From Thermoanaerobaculia bacterium (GTDB lineage: Bacteria > Acidobacteriota > Thermoanaerobaculia > Multivoradales > UBA5704): a stretch of 48,675 bases of DNA. The stretch lies in NCBI GenBank assembly GCA_035633875.1, contig DASQEB010000617.1, positions 1-48,675 of the forward strand, given 5' to 3'. A program made the translations under genes and the position numbers. The notes under the pieces are model-generated. The model made no database searches. It was not told the origin of the DNA and saw only the letters and a list, made by a program, of their open reading frames with translations. Below are positions 1 through 11,223 of the stretch, piece after piece (position 1 is the stretch's first letter; each line of letters opens with the position of its first letter).

Positions 1-977
1 GTCTTCTCCGAAGGCACAGACCTCATGCGACCTCCCTGCGGGCGGCGCCCAGCATGGGGGCGAGGTCGCGCCAGGCGGGGATCGTCCCGTCCTCGGCGCG
101 CAACGGGGGGAGATGGCGGCCGTCCAGGGGGGCTGCGGGAGCGCCCAGGCCCTCCTCCAGGCGGTCGATCCAGGCCGGTTCCTGTTCGGGCGGGGCCACC
201 AGCAGCGCGGGACCGAGCGCCGAGCCCGGGTAATGCTCGTCGAGGAAGTTCCGGGTGAGCCGCAGGTCGCGGCCGACGAAGCCCGCCCGTGCCTCCTCCG
301 GGAGCGTTCCCGAAAAGCCCTTGTAGCGATGGAGGACCGGCTCGCCGCCGCGGGCGAAGATCAGGGTGTATCCCTCGTCGCCTACGACGACCAGGGCCGC
401 GATGCCGTCCCCCGCCAAGCCCTGGACGGCCGAGAGCAGCGAGAGGCTGATGTTCGAGACGTGGCCGAGGCGGACGCCGGACGCCGCGAAAGCCTCCTCG
501 ACCTGGGCCAGAAGCTGTTCGATGGCGAAGCCCAGCAGGAGCCGGCGGGGCTCGGCCTGGCCCGGGAGCGGCTCGACCTCGGCGGCGTTGATCCGCAGGT
601 CGTCCACCCGGAAGGGCACGAGCCGGCGCAGCTTCCAGCGCAGCACCTCGTCCCGGGCGTCGGCCGCCTTGGGCAGGTCGCCGCTCTCGGCGAAGGTCAC
701 GCGCAGCCAGGTGTCGGGCACGACCAGAGAGGCGTCCCGCACCCCGCCCGGGATCTGCTGGACGAGGCTGGCCACCAGGGTCTGGAAGGCCGCCGGATCG
801 CGCAGCGGCCCGCCGAGGATGCCGTGCTGGAACGGGTCGCGCCCCAGGGGAGCTTCGCGCCAGGCGCGGACGCGGAAGCCGTGCCGGTCGCGGGGGAACT
901 GGGCGTAGCGCAGCCGTTCGCCGTCCAGCAGGAAGACGTGCGGGGGCGCCGGCACCGGCTCCAGGCCGGCGAGCCGC

Positions 978-2636
<1,659 letters not shown>

Positions 2637-2662
2637 CGAAAACGCTCCTCAATCTTCCAGTG

Positions 2663-3886
2663 CTAGAACTGCGATGAACCGAGCATGCTGAACATCGGCA
2701 GGTAGATCGCGATCAGCAGGATCGCGATGATGATGCCCATGAACACCAGCATCATCGGCTCGACCAGGGTCAGCAGCCGCTGCATCCGCGTCTCGATCTG
2801 CTCGTCGAGGAAGTCCGAAACGTTGCTCAACATGTCGTCGAGCGAGCCCGTCGCCTCCCCGACCTTGACCATGTCGATGGCCATGTCGGTGAAGACCTCG
2901 CTCTTCTCCAGCGCCGCGTGGAAGGGCTTGCCCTCCCGCACCATCTGGATCGTCGGCTCGAGCTTGCTCCGCACCCACGCGTTGCCCACCGCCGAGACGC
3001 CGATCTCGAACGCCGGCACCAGCGGAATGCCGCCCGACAGCAACGTCGCGAGGGAGCGGCAGAATTCCGCCTGGGCGAAGCGATGGAGCACCGGCCCCAT
3101 CAGGGGGAGGCGGACCTTGAATCCGTCCAGAGCGAGCCGCCCGCTCTCCGTGCGTCCCCACGAGCGCAGCGCCAGGGCCCCGCCGACCACCGCCAGGGCC
3201 AGCACCAGCCAGTTGTTGTTGGCAAAGGAGGAGATGGCGAGCACGATCTGCGTGATCAGCGGCAGCTCCGCGTCCAACTCCGAGAAGAAGCCCATGAACT
3301 TCGGAACCACGTAGATCGCCATGATGGAGATCATGGTGACCGACAGCACCACCAGCACGGCCGGGTAGATCAGGGCCGAGACGACCCGCCGGCGCGCCTC
3401 GAGCACCAGCTTCATGTAGCGGATGAAGCGCCGGATGACCGACTCGAGCTCGCCGCTGCGCTCGCCGGCCTTGAGCGACGAGGGATAGAGCCGCGGGAAC
3501 AGGTCGCCGTGGGCGGCGAACGCCTCCGAGAGGTCCTCGCCGCTCTTGACCCGGTCGCGCACGTCGGTCAGCACCGCCTTGAAGTGCTGGTTGTGCATCC
3601 GCTCCAGCATCAGGTCCAGGGCCTGGAGCAGGGGGAGGCCCGCCCGCAGCAGGGCCGCCAGCTCCTGGTTGAAGATCATGAACTCCTGGACGGGGATCCG
3701 CCGGCGCCTCCGGCTGACCGCCGGCAGGGCGAGGCCCCGCCCTCCCCCCAGACCCCGGCGCCGCACCTCGAACAGGTGGTACCCGCGCTTGTTGAGGTCC
3801 TGGCGGAGGGACGTTTCGTCGCTGGCGGTGAAGACCTCCTCCAGCACCCTGCCGTCCGGCGTTCCGACGCGACACTGAAACTGCAT
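2663..3886 (-). CDS. GspF/PilC-family inner-membrane platform protein
   Basis: The true start is taken as MQFQCRVG (ATG at 3886), inside the longer 644-aa track ORF, giving 407 aa. It shows the duplicated GspF-type domain with hydrophobic segments and the typical C-terminal IAIYLPMF. Confidence 0.9.
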   Translation of the reverse strand: MQFQCRVGTPDGRVLEEVFTASDETSLRQDLNKRGYHLFEVRRRGLGGGRGLALPAVSRRRRRIPVQEFMIFNQELAALLRAGLPLLQALDLMLERMHNQHFKAVLTDVRDRVKSGEDLSEAFAAHGDLFPRLYPSSLKAGERSGELESVIRRFIRYMKLVLEARRRVVSALIYPAVLVVLSVTMISIMAIYVVPKFMGFFSELDAELPLITQIVLAISSFANNNWLVLALAVVGGALALRSWGRTESGRLALDGFKVRLPLMGPVLHRFAQAEFCRSLATLLSGGIPLVPAFEIGVSAVGNAWVRSKLEPTIQMVREGKPFHAALEKSEVFTDMAIDMVKVGEATGSLDDMLSNVSDFLDEQIETRMQRLLTLVEPMMLVFMGIIIAILLIAIYLPMFSMLGSSQF

Positions 3887-3891
3887 GTCTC

Positions 3892-4623
3892 TTAAGGCTC
3901 CACTTTCCGCGGGAGACGCTGAACCTCGACGTCCCGCAAGGTCATCACGACCATCAGCGCCTCCCGGCTCGTCTCGCTCTTGGCGAGACCCAGGTTCACC
4001 GTCTGCTCCACCCAGAGGTTCAGGTTCGTGTGGATGAGGCTCTTGGCCCGTCCTTCCGATTTCCGGGAGATCCGGAAGTCCGAGAGCTTGACCCGCTGCC
4101 CGTTGAGCAGCGTGCCGAAGCGGAACCTCACTTCGAAGTCGTCGCCCAGCCCGTAGACCACCGACTGACCCTCCATCGCCCAGAGCTGGGCCTGCGCGGC
4201 CACCTCGTACACGTCGTAGTTCAGCACCTGGCGCAGGTTGCGGGTGATCGGCTCGGGCAGGTCCGAGCGCCGCATCGTCGGAGACACCACGTCCCGGCTC
4301 GCCTTGACGACGTAGATGTCCAGCCGCAGCGGCCGTGCAGGGTGGTCGAAGCTCTGCAGCACCGGCGCGATCCGGCTCTGCGCCGCAAGCGTATCGCGGA
4401 TGACCAGCGTATTGCCTCCCTTCGGGAGCTCGACCGATCCCCGCGAGGTCAGCAGCGGATAGACCAGTTGGTAGGCGTCGCTCGCCCGCTGGTGTTTCAA
4501 GGTGTAGACGTGCATGACCAGCTCTTCCTGGCCGCGCGGTGCCGGCCGCCCTTGCGCGGCGAGCATCGGGGCCAGGACCAGCATCCACAGAAGGCACGCG
4601 ACCGTGCGGCGAGGCAGCAGCAT
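3892..4623 (-). CDS. short secretin-like outer-membrane protein (one Secretin_N-like domain plus a truncated secretin-core-like C-terminus)
   Basis: Start taken at MLLPRRTVACLLWMLVLAPMLAAQG, a signal peptide. The segment VYTLKHQRASDAYQLVYPLL..GGNTLVIRDTLAAQSRIAPVLQSFD fits the secretin N-domain pattern. The C-terminal EGQSVVYGLG ... LNLWVEQTVNLGL ... LMVVMTLR resembles a secretin beta-core. The stop lies 5 nt upstream of the GspF start. Confidence 0.6.
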   Translation of the reverse strand: MLLPRRTVACLLWMLVLAPMLAAQGRPAPRGQEELVMHVYTLKHQRASDAYQLVYPLLTSRGSVELPKGGNTLVIRDTLAAQSRIAPVLQSFDHPARPLRLDIYVVKASRDVVSPTMRRSDLPEPITRNLRQVLNYDVYEVAAQAQLWAMEGQSVVYGLGDDFEVRFRFGTLLNGQRVKLSDFRISRKSEGRAKSLIHTNLNLWVEQTVNLGLAKSETSREALMVVMTLRDVEVQRLPRKVEP

Positions 4624-4718
4624 GGAGAAGCTCAAGAGTTTACCGCGAGAGGGGTCCGGATCGCTCGGCGTGCGGCGGAACCCGGGAAGCACGATCCGCC
4701 CAGGCATTGGAGACTCGC

Positions 4719-5255
4719 TCAGACATCCAGAAGGGTCTCGAAGCTCTCGTCGTAGACCATGAGGACTCGAAACTCTTCATCATCAACCTGATAGACCCGC
4801 GCATCCGGGAGGTCCAGCCCTTCGTGCAGCGGCGGCTTCGGCCCGCTCACCGGCTGTCCCCCCAATTCGGGGACGGAAGAGGTCGCGACCGCCTCGGCCC
4901 GGTCCAGGGTGGGGCCGCCGTCGCGCCCGAGCGACAGCGCGGCCAGGGCCAGCACCGCGGCCGCCGCCCACCGCCGCCAGCCGGCGAAGGAGCGCTGGGA
5001 GGCCTCGATCCGGCTCGCCGAGCGCATCGCCGCCACGGCCTGGCGCATGGAGTGGACCTCGGCCTCCTCGTCGTCGGGCGTCCTGGCGATCTCGGGAAGC
5101 CTGCGGAAAAGCAGAGTGGGATCGGCCGCGAGGGCCTCGCGCCGGCACGCCGGGCAGGAGTCGAAGTGCTCCAGGGCCGTCTGCCAGCCGTCCGGCTCGA
5201 CACCCCGGCGGTCGTGGCGGTGCGCTGCGAGCGCGGTCCAGTCAGGGCAGCTCAC
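4719..5255 (-). CDS. zinc-finger (ZAS-type) anti-sigma factor, single-pass membrane
   Basis: 178 aa. H-x3-C-x2-C motif (HFDSCPAC), a central hydrophobic helix (WAAAAVLALAALSL), and a 4-nt overlap with the upstream ECF sigma gene. Confidence 0.75.
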   Translation of the reverse strand: MSCPDWTALAAHRHDRRGVEPDGWQTALEHFDSCPACRREALAADPTLLFRRLPEIARTPDDEEAEVHSMRQAVAAMRSASRIEASQRSFAGWRRWAAAAVLALAALSLGRDGGPTLDRAEAVATSSVPELGGQPVSGPKPPLHEGLDLPDARVYQVDDEEFRVLMVYDESFETLLDV

Positions 5256-5911
5256 AGCGCCTCCTCCGGCCCGTCGCTGCCGAAGCCGGCGGCGTACTCG
5301 GGGTAGCGCCGCACGAGCTCGCGCCGCAGGTGCCTCCGGGCGTTGAACAGGTGGTTGCGGACGGTCGACTCCCGGCAGCTTAGGATCTCGGCGACCTCCT
5401 GGGAGGAGAGCCCCTCGATCTCGCGGAGGAGGAACGCCATCCTCTGCTTCTCGGAGAGGCCGGCGGAGAGCTCGCGGAAGATGGCGGCCACCTCCCCGTG
5501 GTGCAGGCGGGACATGTCGTTCTCCGCCGCCGAGCCCAGGATCTGCCGCAGGTGCTGGCGCACCGGCTCGTGGCTGCGCTCCCGGCTCTTCCTCGACCGT
5601 AGATGGTCGATCGCCAGGTTGCTCGCGATGCGGTAGATCCAGGTGTTGGGGCTCCAGCGCTGGTCGAACTTGTGCCGGTTCTCCCAGACCTTGAAGAAGG
5701 TGACCTGCACCACGTCCCGCGCCTCCTCGACGTCGCCGAGGATGCGCTGGCAGAGCTGAAGCAGGGGTTTGGTCTTGCGGCCGATCAGCTCGTCCAAGGC
5801 CGCCTCGCTTCCGTCGCGGACGGCCATCAGGAGGTCGCGGTCGGACGCCTCGGCCCAGGGCGTGCGTTGGGGCATGCTGGACGGTCGGCTGGAGTGGACG
5901 AGCTTGAGCAT
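5252..5911 (-). CDS. ECF-type RNA polymerase sigma-70 factor
   Basis: This is the C-terminal 219 aa of the long 5252..7156 track ORF, starting at MLKLVH (alternative start MPQRTPW at 5875). Region 2 (VVQVTFFKVWENRHKF..WIYRIASNLAIDHLR) and region 4 (LSEKQRMAFLLREIEGLSSQEVAEILSCRESTVRNHL) are both present. Confidence 0.9.
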   Translation of the reverse strand: MLKLVHSSRPSSMPQRTPWAEASDRDLLMAVRDGSEAALDELIGRKTKPLLQLCQRILGDVEEARDVVQVTFFKVWENRHKFDQRWSPNTWIYRIASNLAIDHLRSRKSRERSHEPVRQHLRQILGSAAENDMSRLHHGEVAAIFRELSAGLSEKQRMAFLLREIEGLSSQEVAEILSCRESTVRNHLFNARRHLRRELVRRYPEYAAGFGSDGPEEAL

Positions 5912-6100
5912 AGTCAATCCATATATACGGGGGGGAGCGCGTCCGCGTCTACGAGGCGTCACTCCCCTGGTTTCGGCCGGCTTCGCCCGCACGAACCCCG
6001 CTCCCGGCGGCCTCCTGACCCGGCCTCCCTTCCAACCGCCGGAGACCACAGAGCATTCCGGGGGGCTGGCACACGGCAAGTCATTATACTGCCGCCCGAG

Positions 6101-7396
6101 ATGCGCTCCGTCCTTTGGGGTCTCTACCAGCTTGCGGCCGGTGCCGCCCTGCTCACGGCGGGGCCGTTCCTGCTCGCCCGGCGGGGGAGCCACTACCTGC
6201 CGACCCTTCCCGGCCGTCTCGGCCGCCCGTCCGGCGCGAGCCCGGGTCCTCCGGTGAAGGGGGCCCTCTGGATCCACGCCGTCTCGGTCGGGGAGGTCGG
6301 GGTCGCCGCCACCCTGGTGCGGGCCCTGCCTCCCGAGGTGCCTCTCCTGGTCACCACCGTGACCCCCACCGGACAGGCCCGGGCGCGGACAGCCTTTGCC
6401 GGCCGCGCCGAGGTCGCCTACCTCCCCTTCGACCTGGGGTTTGCCGTCTCCCGCTTCTTCCGCCGGTTCGAGCCGGGGGCCCTGGTCCTCGTCGAGGGGG
6501 ACTACTGGCCGCTCCTCCTGCGGGAGGCCCGGCGCCGCGGCCTCCCCGTGGCCGTGGTGAACGGCCGGGTGGGCGACCGGAGCTTCCGCCGGATGCGGCG
6601 CCTGCGTCCTCTCCTCTCCCCTCTCTTCTCCGGCGTCGGCCGGTTCGGCGTCCAGAGCCCCGAGGACCGGGACCGGCTGGTCCGCCTCGGCGTCGGCGCC
6701 GAGCGGGTCACGGTCACCGGCAATCTCAAGTACGAGACCCCCGAGCCGGAGAGGAAACCCGAATTGGAGGAGACCTTCCGGTCTCTCGCGGCCGGCCGGC
6801 CCCTCCTCCTCGCCGGCTCCACCATGGCGGGGGAGGAGAGCCAGGTCCTGGACGCCTTCGAGACCCTGGGCGGCGGCGACCGGGCCCTCCTCGTCCTTGC
6901 CCCCCGCCATCCCGAGCGCTGGGACGAGGTGGACGCCCTCCTCCGCTCGCGGGGGGTCGACGCCGTCCGGCGCAGCCGGCTTGCGGGCGGCGCCCGGCCG
7001 GCCGCCGTCCTCCTCGACAGCCTGGGCGAGCTCGCGGGGACTTACCGTCTCGCCGCGGCGGCGTTCATCGGCGGCACCCTCGTCCCCACCGGCGGCCACA
7101 ACCCTCTGGAAGCCGCCCGGTTCGGGGTGCCCGTGGCCGTGGGGCCTTCCATGCACAACTTCCGGGAGATGGCCGAGGCCTTCGACCGCACCGCGGCCTG
7201 GCGCCGGGTGGCGGACGCCGGGGAGCTGGCGGACGCCTGGAGGGGATGGCTCGACGATCCCGCCGCCGCCCGCGAGCAGGGAGCGCGCGCCCTGCGGCTC
7301 CTGGACGAGAACCGGGGGGCGCTCGCGCGGACGCTCGAGATGCTGGGGCCGATCCTGGGGCTCTATCTGAAGACCAGGGTCAAGGAGGGTCGATGA
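6101..7396 (+). CDS. waaA: 3-deoxy-D-manno-octulosonic acid (Kdo) transferase
   Basis: Start taken at MRSVLWGLYQ, giving 431 aa. It has the WIHAVSVGEV motif and the C-terminal GGTLVPTGGHNPLEAA motif typical of KdtA/WaaA. The stop overlaps the lpxK start (ATGA). Confidence 0.9.
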   Translation: MRSVLWGLYQLAAGAALLTAGPFLLARRGSHYLPTLPGRLGRPSGASPGPPVKGALWIHAVSVGEVGVAATLVRALPPEVPLLVTTVTPTGQARARTAFAGRAEVAYLPFDLGFAVSRFFRRFEPGALVLVEGDYWPLLLREARRRGLPVAVVNGRVGDRSFRRMRRLRPLLSPLFSGVGRFGVQSPEDRDRLVRLGVGAERVTVTGNLKYETPEPERKPELEETFRSLAAGRPLLLAGSTMAGEESQVLDAFETLGGGDRALLVLAPRHPERWDEVDALLRSRGVDAVRRSRLAGGARPAAVLLDSLGELAGTYRLAAAAFIGGTLVPTGGHNPLEAARFGVPVAVGPSMHNFREMAEAFDRTAAWRRVADAGELADAWRGWLDDPAAAREQGARALRLLDENRGALARTLEMLGPILGLYLKTRVKEGR

Positions 7397-8412
7397 GATC
7401 CCCCTCCCCCCCCACCTCCCCCTGGCAGCTCCTCTACGGCGGCGCGCACCGCCTGCGTCAGCGGTGGTACGGCCCCCGGGCCCACCGCCTCCCGCGTCCC
7501 GTGGTGAGCGTCGGCAACCTCCACTGGGGAGGCGCCGGCAAGACGCCCCTCGTGGCCGCGGTCGCCGCCCATCTCCGGGATCGCGGCCTCGCCGTCTGCA
7601 TCCTCTCCCGCGGCTACGCGAGCCGGGGGCGGGGCGTGCGGGTGGTGAGCACGGGGGACGGGCCTCTCCTCGGTCCCCTCGTGGCGGGGGATGAGCCGGT
7701 CCTCCTCGCCGGCGAGCTGCCGGGGGTCTCCGTGGTCGTGGGGCCCGAGCGCTACCGGGCCGGCCTCCACGCCTTCCGCCGGCTTCCCGTCCCGCCGGAC
7801 CTCTTTCTCCTCGACGACGCCTTCTCCCACCTGGCCCTCCGCCGGGACCTGGACCTCGTCGCCTTCCCGGCGGCAGACCCGTTCGCCGGCGGGCGCCTCC
7901 TCCCTTCCGGCCGCCTGCGCGAGCCCCTCGCCTCCATGGCCCGTGCCCACGCCGCGATCCTCACCGGCGCGGCCGGGACCCCGGGGGAGGGCGCCGCCCT
8001 GGCCGCGGCCCTCCGCCCGTACGGCTTCACCGGTCCCGGCTTCGCCAGCGCAACCCGTCCCGGAGAGCCGCGCCTGGCGGACGGCACCCTGCTCCCCCCG
8101 GAAAGCCGGGTCTTCCTGGTCTCCGCCATCGCCCGGCCCGAAAGCTTCGCCGCCACCGTCCGCAGCCTCGGGCTCGACATCGTGGGAGAGCTCCGTTTCC
8201 CCGACCATCACCGCTACCCGGGAGCGAGCGTCGCCCGGATCGAGGAAGCCTGGACCGCCAGCGGCGCTGCCGCCGTGCTCACCACCACCAAGGACCGCGT
8301 CAAGCTCCACGGGCGCCTCGCCCTCCCACTGGCCGAGCTGCCCATCCGTGCCGAGCCCGAGCCGGCCTTCTGGGAGTGGCTGGATGGGGAGGTGGGGAGG
8401 ATGCGGGGATGA
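7393..8412 (+). CDS. lpxK: tetraacyldisaccharide 4'-kinase
   Basis: C-terminal 339 aa of the 6115..8412 track ORF. It has the P-loop VGNLHWGGAGKTPLV, the LSRGY motif and DDAFSH, and is translationally coupled to waaA. Confidence 0.9.
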   Translation: MRSPSPPTSPWQLLYGGAHRLRQRWYGPRAHRLPRPVVSVGNLHWGGAGKTPLVAAVAAHLRDRGLAVCILSRGYASRGRGVRVVSTGDGPLLGPLVAGDEPVLLAGELPGVSVVVGPERYRAGLHAFRRLPVPPDLFLLDDAFSHLALRRDLDLVAFPAADPFAGGRLLPSGRLREPLASMARAHAAILTGAAGTPGEGAALAAALRPYGFTGPGFASATRPGEPRLADGTLLPPESRVFLVSAIARPESFAATVRSLGLDIVGELRFPDHHRYPGASVARIEEAWTASGAAAVLTTTKDRVKLHGRLALPLAELPIRAEPEPAFWEWLDGEVGRMRG

Positions 8413-8413
8413 T

Positions 8414-8479
8414 CCTCACTCCCTGTCCCCCTCTCCTGTCGCCCTCCCTCCAGCCGGGAGAGGGGGACAGGGGGTGAGG
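8414..8479. repeat. GC-rich palindromic intergenic element, complete copy
   Basis: The left arm CCTCACTCCCTGTCCCCCTCTCC (8414-8436) is complementary, with one mismatch, to the right arm GGAGAGGGGGACAGGGGGTGAGG (8457-8479). The loop is 20 nt. It lies between lpxK and the acyltransferase gene. Related copies are at 13702-13755 and 13836-13888. Confidence 0.85.
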
Positions 8480-8483
8480 CCTC

Positions 8484-9389
8484 ATGAAGAACCGCCCCCT
8501 CCGCCACCGGATCGAGTACGGCCTCTATCTGGCCCTCAAGGGGTTCCTCCGCGCTCTGCCCCACGCCGGGGCGCGCCGGGTCGGCCGGGCGGTGGGGAGC
8601 CTCGCCCATGCCCTCGACCGGCGGCATCGGGAGGTGGCCCTCCGCAACATGGCACTGGCCCTTCCGGATCTCGGGGCCGAGGAGCGGCGCCGCCTCGTGC
8701 GCGACTGCTTTCGCCACTTCGGCTCGGCCCTCTGCGACGTCGTCTCCTCCACCCGCTTCGACGCCACCGAGCTCTGCCACCTGTACACCCTGGAGGGCTG
8801 GGAGAACCTTCATGCAGCCGAAGGGCACGGCAAAGGGATCTTCATCCTCTCCGCCCACGTCGGCTTCTGGGAGATGGTCCCCCCGATGATCGGCCTCACC
8901 CGTGGACGGATGGACATCGTCGTCCGCCCGGCGGACAACCCGTGGCTCGACCGGGAGCTGCGGGCCCTGCGCGAGCGCTTCGGCAACGCGGTGATCCCCA
9001 AGCGGGGCGCCGCGCGCCGGATGCTGGAGGTCCTGAAGGAGAAAGGCCGGGTCGGCATCCTCATCGACCAGCGGGTCCAGCCCAGGGAGGGGATCGCCGT
9101 CCCCTTCTTCGGCCGCCCTGCCCTGACCAGCCCGGTCCTTGCCCGTCTCTCGTTGCGCACCGGCGCCGCGGTCGTCCCCATCGCCGCCTACCCCCTCCCT
9201 GGCGGCCGCTATCGGCTGGTCGTCCGTCCGCCGATCCTCCCGCCTGAGGGCGAGAAGGACAGCGAGGAGGCCGTTGCCGCCCTCACCCGCCGCTATCTGG
9301 AAGCTGCCGAGGAGGACATCCGGGCGCGTCCGGAGCAGTGGCTGTGGATGCACCGGCGGTGGGGCGAGGAACGGAAGGAGAGCACGTAG
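8484..9389 (+). CDS. lipid A biosynthesis late acyltransferase (LpxL/HtrB/MsbB family)
   Basis: 301 aa with the HVGFWE (H-x4-E) active-site motif, in the context of waaA-lpxK. Confidence 0.85.
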   Translation: MKNRPLRHRIEYGLYLALKGFLRALPHAGARRVGRAVGSLAHALDRRHREVALRNMALALPDLGAEERRRLVRDCFRHFGSALCDVVSSTRFDATELCHLYTLEGWENLHAAEGHGKGIFILSAHVGFWEMVPPMIGLTRGRMDIVVRPADNPWLDRELRALRERFGNAVIPKRGAARRMLEVLKEKGRVGILIDQRVQPREGIAVPFFGRPALTSPVLARLSLRTGAAVVPIAAYPLPGGRYRLVVRPPILPPEGEKDSEEAVAALTRRYLEAAEEDIRARPEQWLWMHRRWGEERKEST

Positions 9390-9397
9390 CGCTTTCG

Positions 9398-10240
9398 CTA
9401 CACGAACCAGTCCAGCGCCTCCTTGGCGATCTCCTCCGGCACGGTATGGGGGCCGTCGAACTCGTGGTAGAGCACGTCGTAGCCGGCCCGCTTCAGGCGG
9501 GGGACCAGGCGCCGGCTGCAGGAGTCGATGGGGAGCACCGCGTCCCGCGTGCCGTGGGAGACGTAGATCCGGGGGGAGCCCTCCTGGCCGCCCGGGGCCA
9601 TGAATCCCGGCGAGAAGGCGATCACGTGGGTGAAGAGATCGCCGTTCGTGATGCCGATCGAGAGGGCGTAGGACGCACCGTCGGAAAAGCCCTCGGCCGC
9701 GATGTGCGCGGGATCGACGGCGTAGCGCTCGAACGTCCAGGCCAGTGCCCGGTCGAGAAAGGTGACATCCGGACCGAACTCGCTCTGGACGATGATGTCC
9801 CACGACCGCAGGCGGGAATCCGGGGCGAGCAGAATCATCCCCGTCTCGTCGGCCAGCGGCTGCAGATGGTGCAGATGGGGCCGGCCGCTGCCGCCAGCGC
9901 CGTGGAGCATCACCACGAGCGGGGCGGGACGGTCCGCCCGGTAGCCGGCCGGGACGTAGACGAAGGCGTCCCGGCGGCGTTCCAGCCCCAGGGGATGAAG
10001 GCCCCGGGGGCCTGTTGCCCGCGGCTGCCCCGGCCGGGCCAGCAGCCTTCCTTGCGCGGCGGCCTGTTCCTGGATCGGGCTGCCCGGTCTCCCCTGTCCG
10101 TGTCCTGCCATGGTCGGATTCTCCTCGAGACGTGCGCGACAAGCCGCCGAGATCGCCGCGGGGATTCCCATTCCAAGAGCGAGGAGATCCCGCCGTGTGA
10201 GTCGTGGCCCGGTGCCGCTGATCCGTTTCCTCCTCATCAT
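9398..10240 (-). CDS. Tat-exported alpha/beta hydrolase (phospholipase/carboxylesterase-like esterase)
   Basis: 280 aa. Twin-arginine signal (RRDLLALGMG), nucleophile elbow GFSDG, and C-terminal D and H residues arranged as in a serine hydrolase triad. Confidence 0.75.
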   Translation of the reverse strand: MMRRKRISGTGPRLTRRDLLALGMGIPAAISAACRARLEENPTMAGHGQGRPGSPIQEQAAAQGRLLARPGQPRATGPRGLHPLGLERRRDAFVYVPAGYRADRPAPLVVMLHGAGGSGRPHLHHLQPLADETGMILLAPDSRLRSWDIIVQSEFGPDVTFLDRALAWTFERYAVDPAHIAAEGFSDGASYALSIGITNGDLFTHVIAFSPGFMAPGGQEGSPRIYVSHGTRDAVLPIDSCSRRLVPRLKRAGYDVLYHEFDGPHTVPEEIAKEALDWFV

Positions 10241-10392
10241 GCCTCCTCGCCGGTGCCAGGCTCATGCAACCCATGCACCGTTTTGGCGCCATGGCCGGAA
10301 ACCGGCCCTGAAATTGCATGAATGGAAAACTTCCCCGGGCCGCCAGGTCCAGGAGGCGAGAGAGCAGACCGATTCAGCAGCTCGGAGGCCCG

Positions 10393-11037
10393 ATGCAGTC
10401 CGGACAATACCCGTCGCGAACGAACCACACCCGCCGCAACCAGCTCCTTCTCTTCGCCCTGAATTTCTTCAAGCATCCGAAGATGCTGGGGTCTCTGATC
10501 CCCAGCTCCCGGTATCTCACCGACCGCCTGCTGCGCCGGATCGACTGGAAGCGCGCGCGGGTAATCGTCGAGTACGGCCCGGGGGTCGGAACCTTCACCG
10601 CGGAGGTCCTTCAGAGAATGAGCCCGGAAGCGACCCTCGTGGTGTTCGAGACCAACGAGGACTTCGTGCAATTCCTCCAGGAGTCGCTCCCCGACCCCCG
10701 GCTGCACGTCGTCCACGGGTCGGCGGAGGACGTGGGGGTGGTCCTCGCGCGGCTGGGATGCGGCTCCGCCGACTACGTGATCTCGGGCATTCCGTTCAGC
10801 ACCATGCCGGACGACCTGCGGGACCGCATCCTCGGCGCCACCCGCGCGGTGCTCCGCCCCGACGGCCAGTTCCTGGTCTATCAGTTCTCCGCGAAGGTCT
10901 GGCCGGACCTCCAACGGGTGTTCCGGCACGTCCATCGCGACTTCGAGCCTTTGAACGTCCTGCCGGCCCAGGTGTTCTACTGCGCCCGGAACGGCACGCC
11001 GGTGGAGACGGCGCGCAGGGCCGTCCAGGATCATTAA
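10393..11037 (+). CDS. class I SAM-dependent methyltransferase, phospholipid N-methyltransferase-like (COG3963 type)
   Basis: It carries the FFKHPKMLGSLIPSSRYL motif typical of PmtA-like enzymes, followed by the VEYGPGVGTFT SAM-binding loop. The start is uncertain: ATG at 10393 (MQSGQYP) or 10318. Confidence 0.8.
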   Translation: MQSGQYPSRTNHTRRNQLLLFALNFFKHPKMLGSLIPSSRYLTDRLLRRIDWKRARVIVEYGPGVGTFTAEVLQRMSPEATLVVFETNEDFVQFLQESLPDPRLHVVHGSAEDVGVVLARLGCGSADYVISGIPFSTMPDDLRDRILGATRAVLRPDGQFLVYQFSAKVWPDLQRVFRHVHRDFEPLNVLPAQVFYCARNGTPVETARRAVQDH

Positions 11038-11052
11038 AGGAGACATCGTTTC

Positions 11053-11202
11053 ATGGCAAACGGGGTTCAGGTCCGGGGTTGCTGTTGCGGGATTCCCTTC
11101 GGCTGCGGCACGGTGCTGTTCTTCGGCACGGTCGCGCTCTGGGTGTTCGGCCTGCCGGAGTGGTTTGACTTTCTGGTCAGCGTGGTGCTCACCGCGCGGT
11201 GA
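11053..11202 (+). CDS. possible 49-aa small membrane protein
   Basis: This ORF is not in the track. I read it as MANGVQVRGCCCGIPFGCGTVLFFGTVALWVFGLPEWFDFLVSVVLTAR. It has a Cys cluster plus one hydrophobic helix and fills the gap between two methyltransferase genes. Confidence 0.3.
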   Translation: MANGVQVRGCCCGIPFGCGTVLFFGTVALWVFGLPEWFDFLVSVVLTAR

Positions 11203-11223
11203 GCCACCCGAAGTCTGCGATAC

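Noticed and set aside
6060-6100. TGGCAC at about 6066 and TATACT at about 6085 upstream of waaA, as possible sigma-54 or sigma-70 promoter elements. Also an AGAGCATTCC word at 6050-6059 that resembles the island repeat core.
   Set aside because: The sequence 5 nt after TGGCAC is not TTGC-like, so the sigma-54 pattern fails. A lone -10-like hexamer is not enough for a call. A single 9/10 match to a 10-mer can occur by chance.
5252-7156. 634-aa minus-strand ORF that would extend the ECF sigma factor N-terminally across the waaA gene.
   Set aside because: Only the last approx. 219 aa look like a sigma factor. The extension is antisense to waaA, which has strong motifs, and is compositionally shadow-like. 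A sensible ATG exists at 5911.
9386-9401. Small hairpin GTAGCG-cttt-CGCTAC between the convergent acyltransferase and esterase genes.
   Set aside because: It has only a 6-bp stem overlapping both stop codons, which is too weak to call a terminator.
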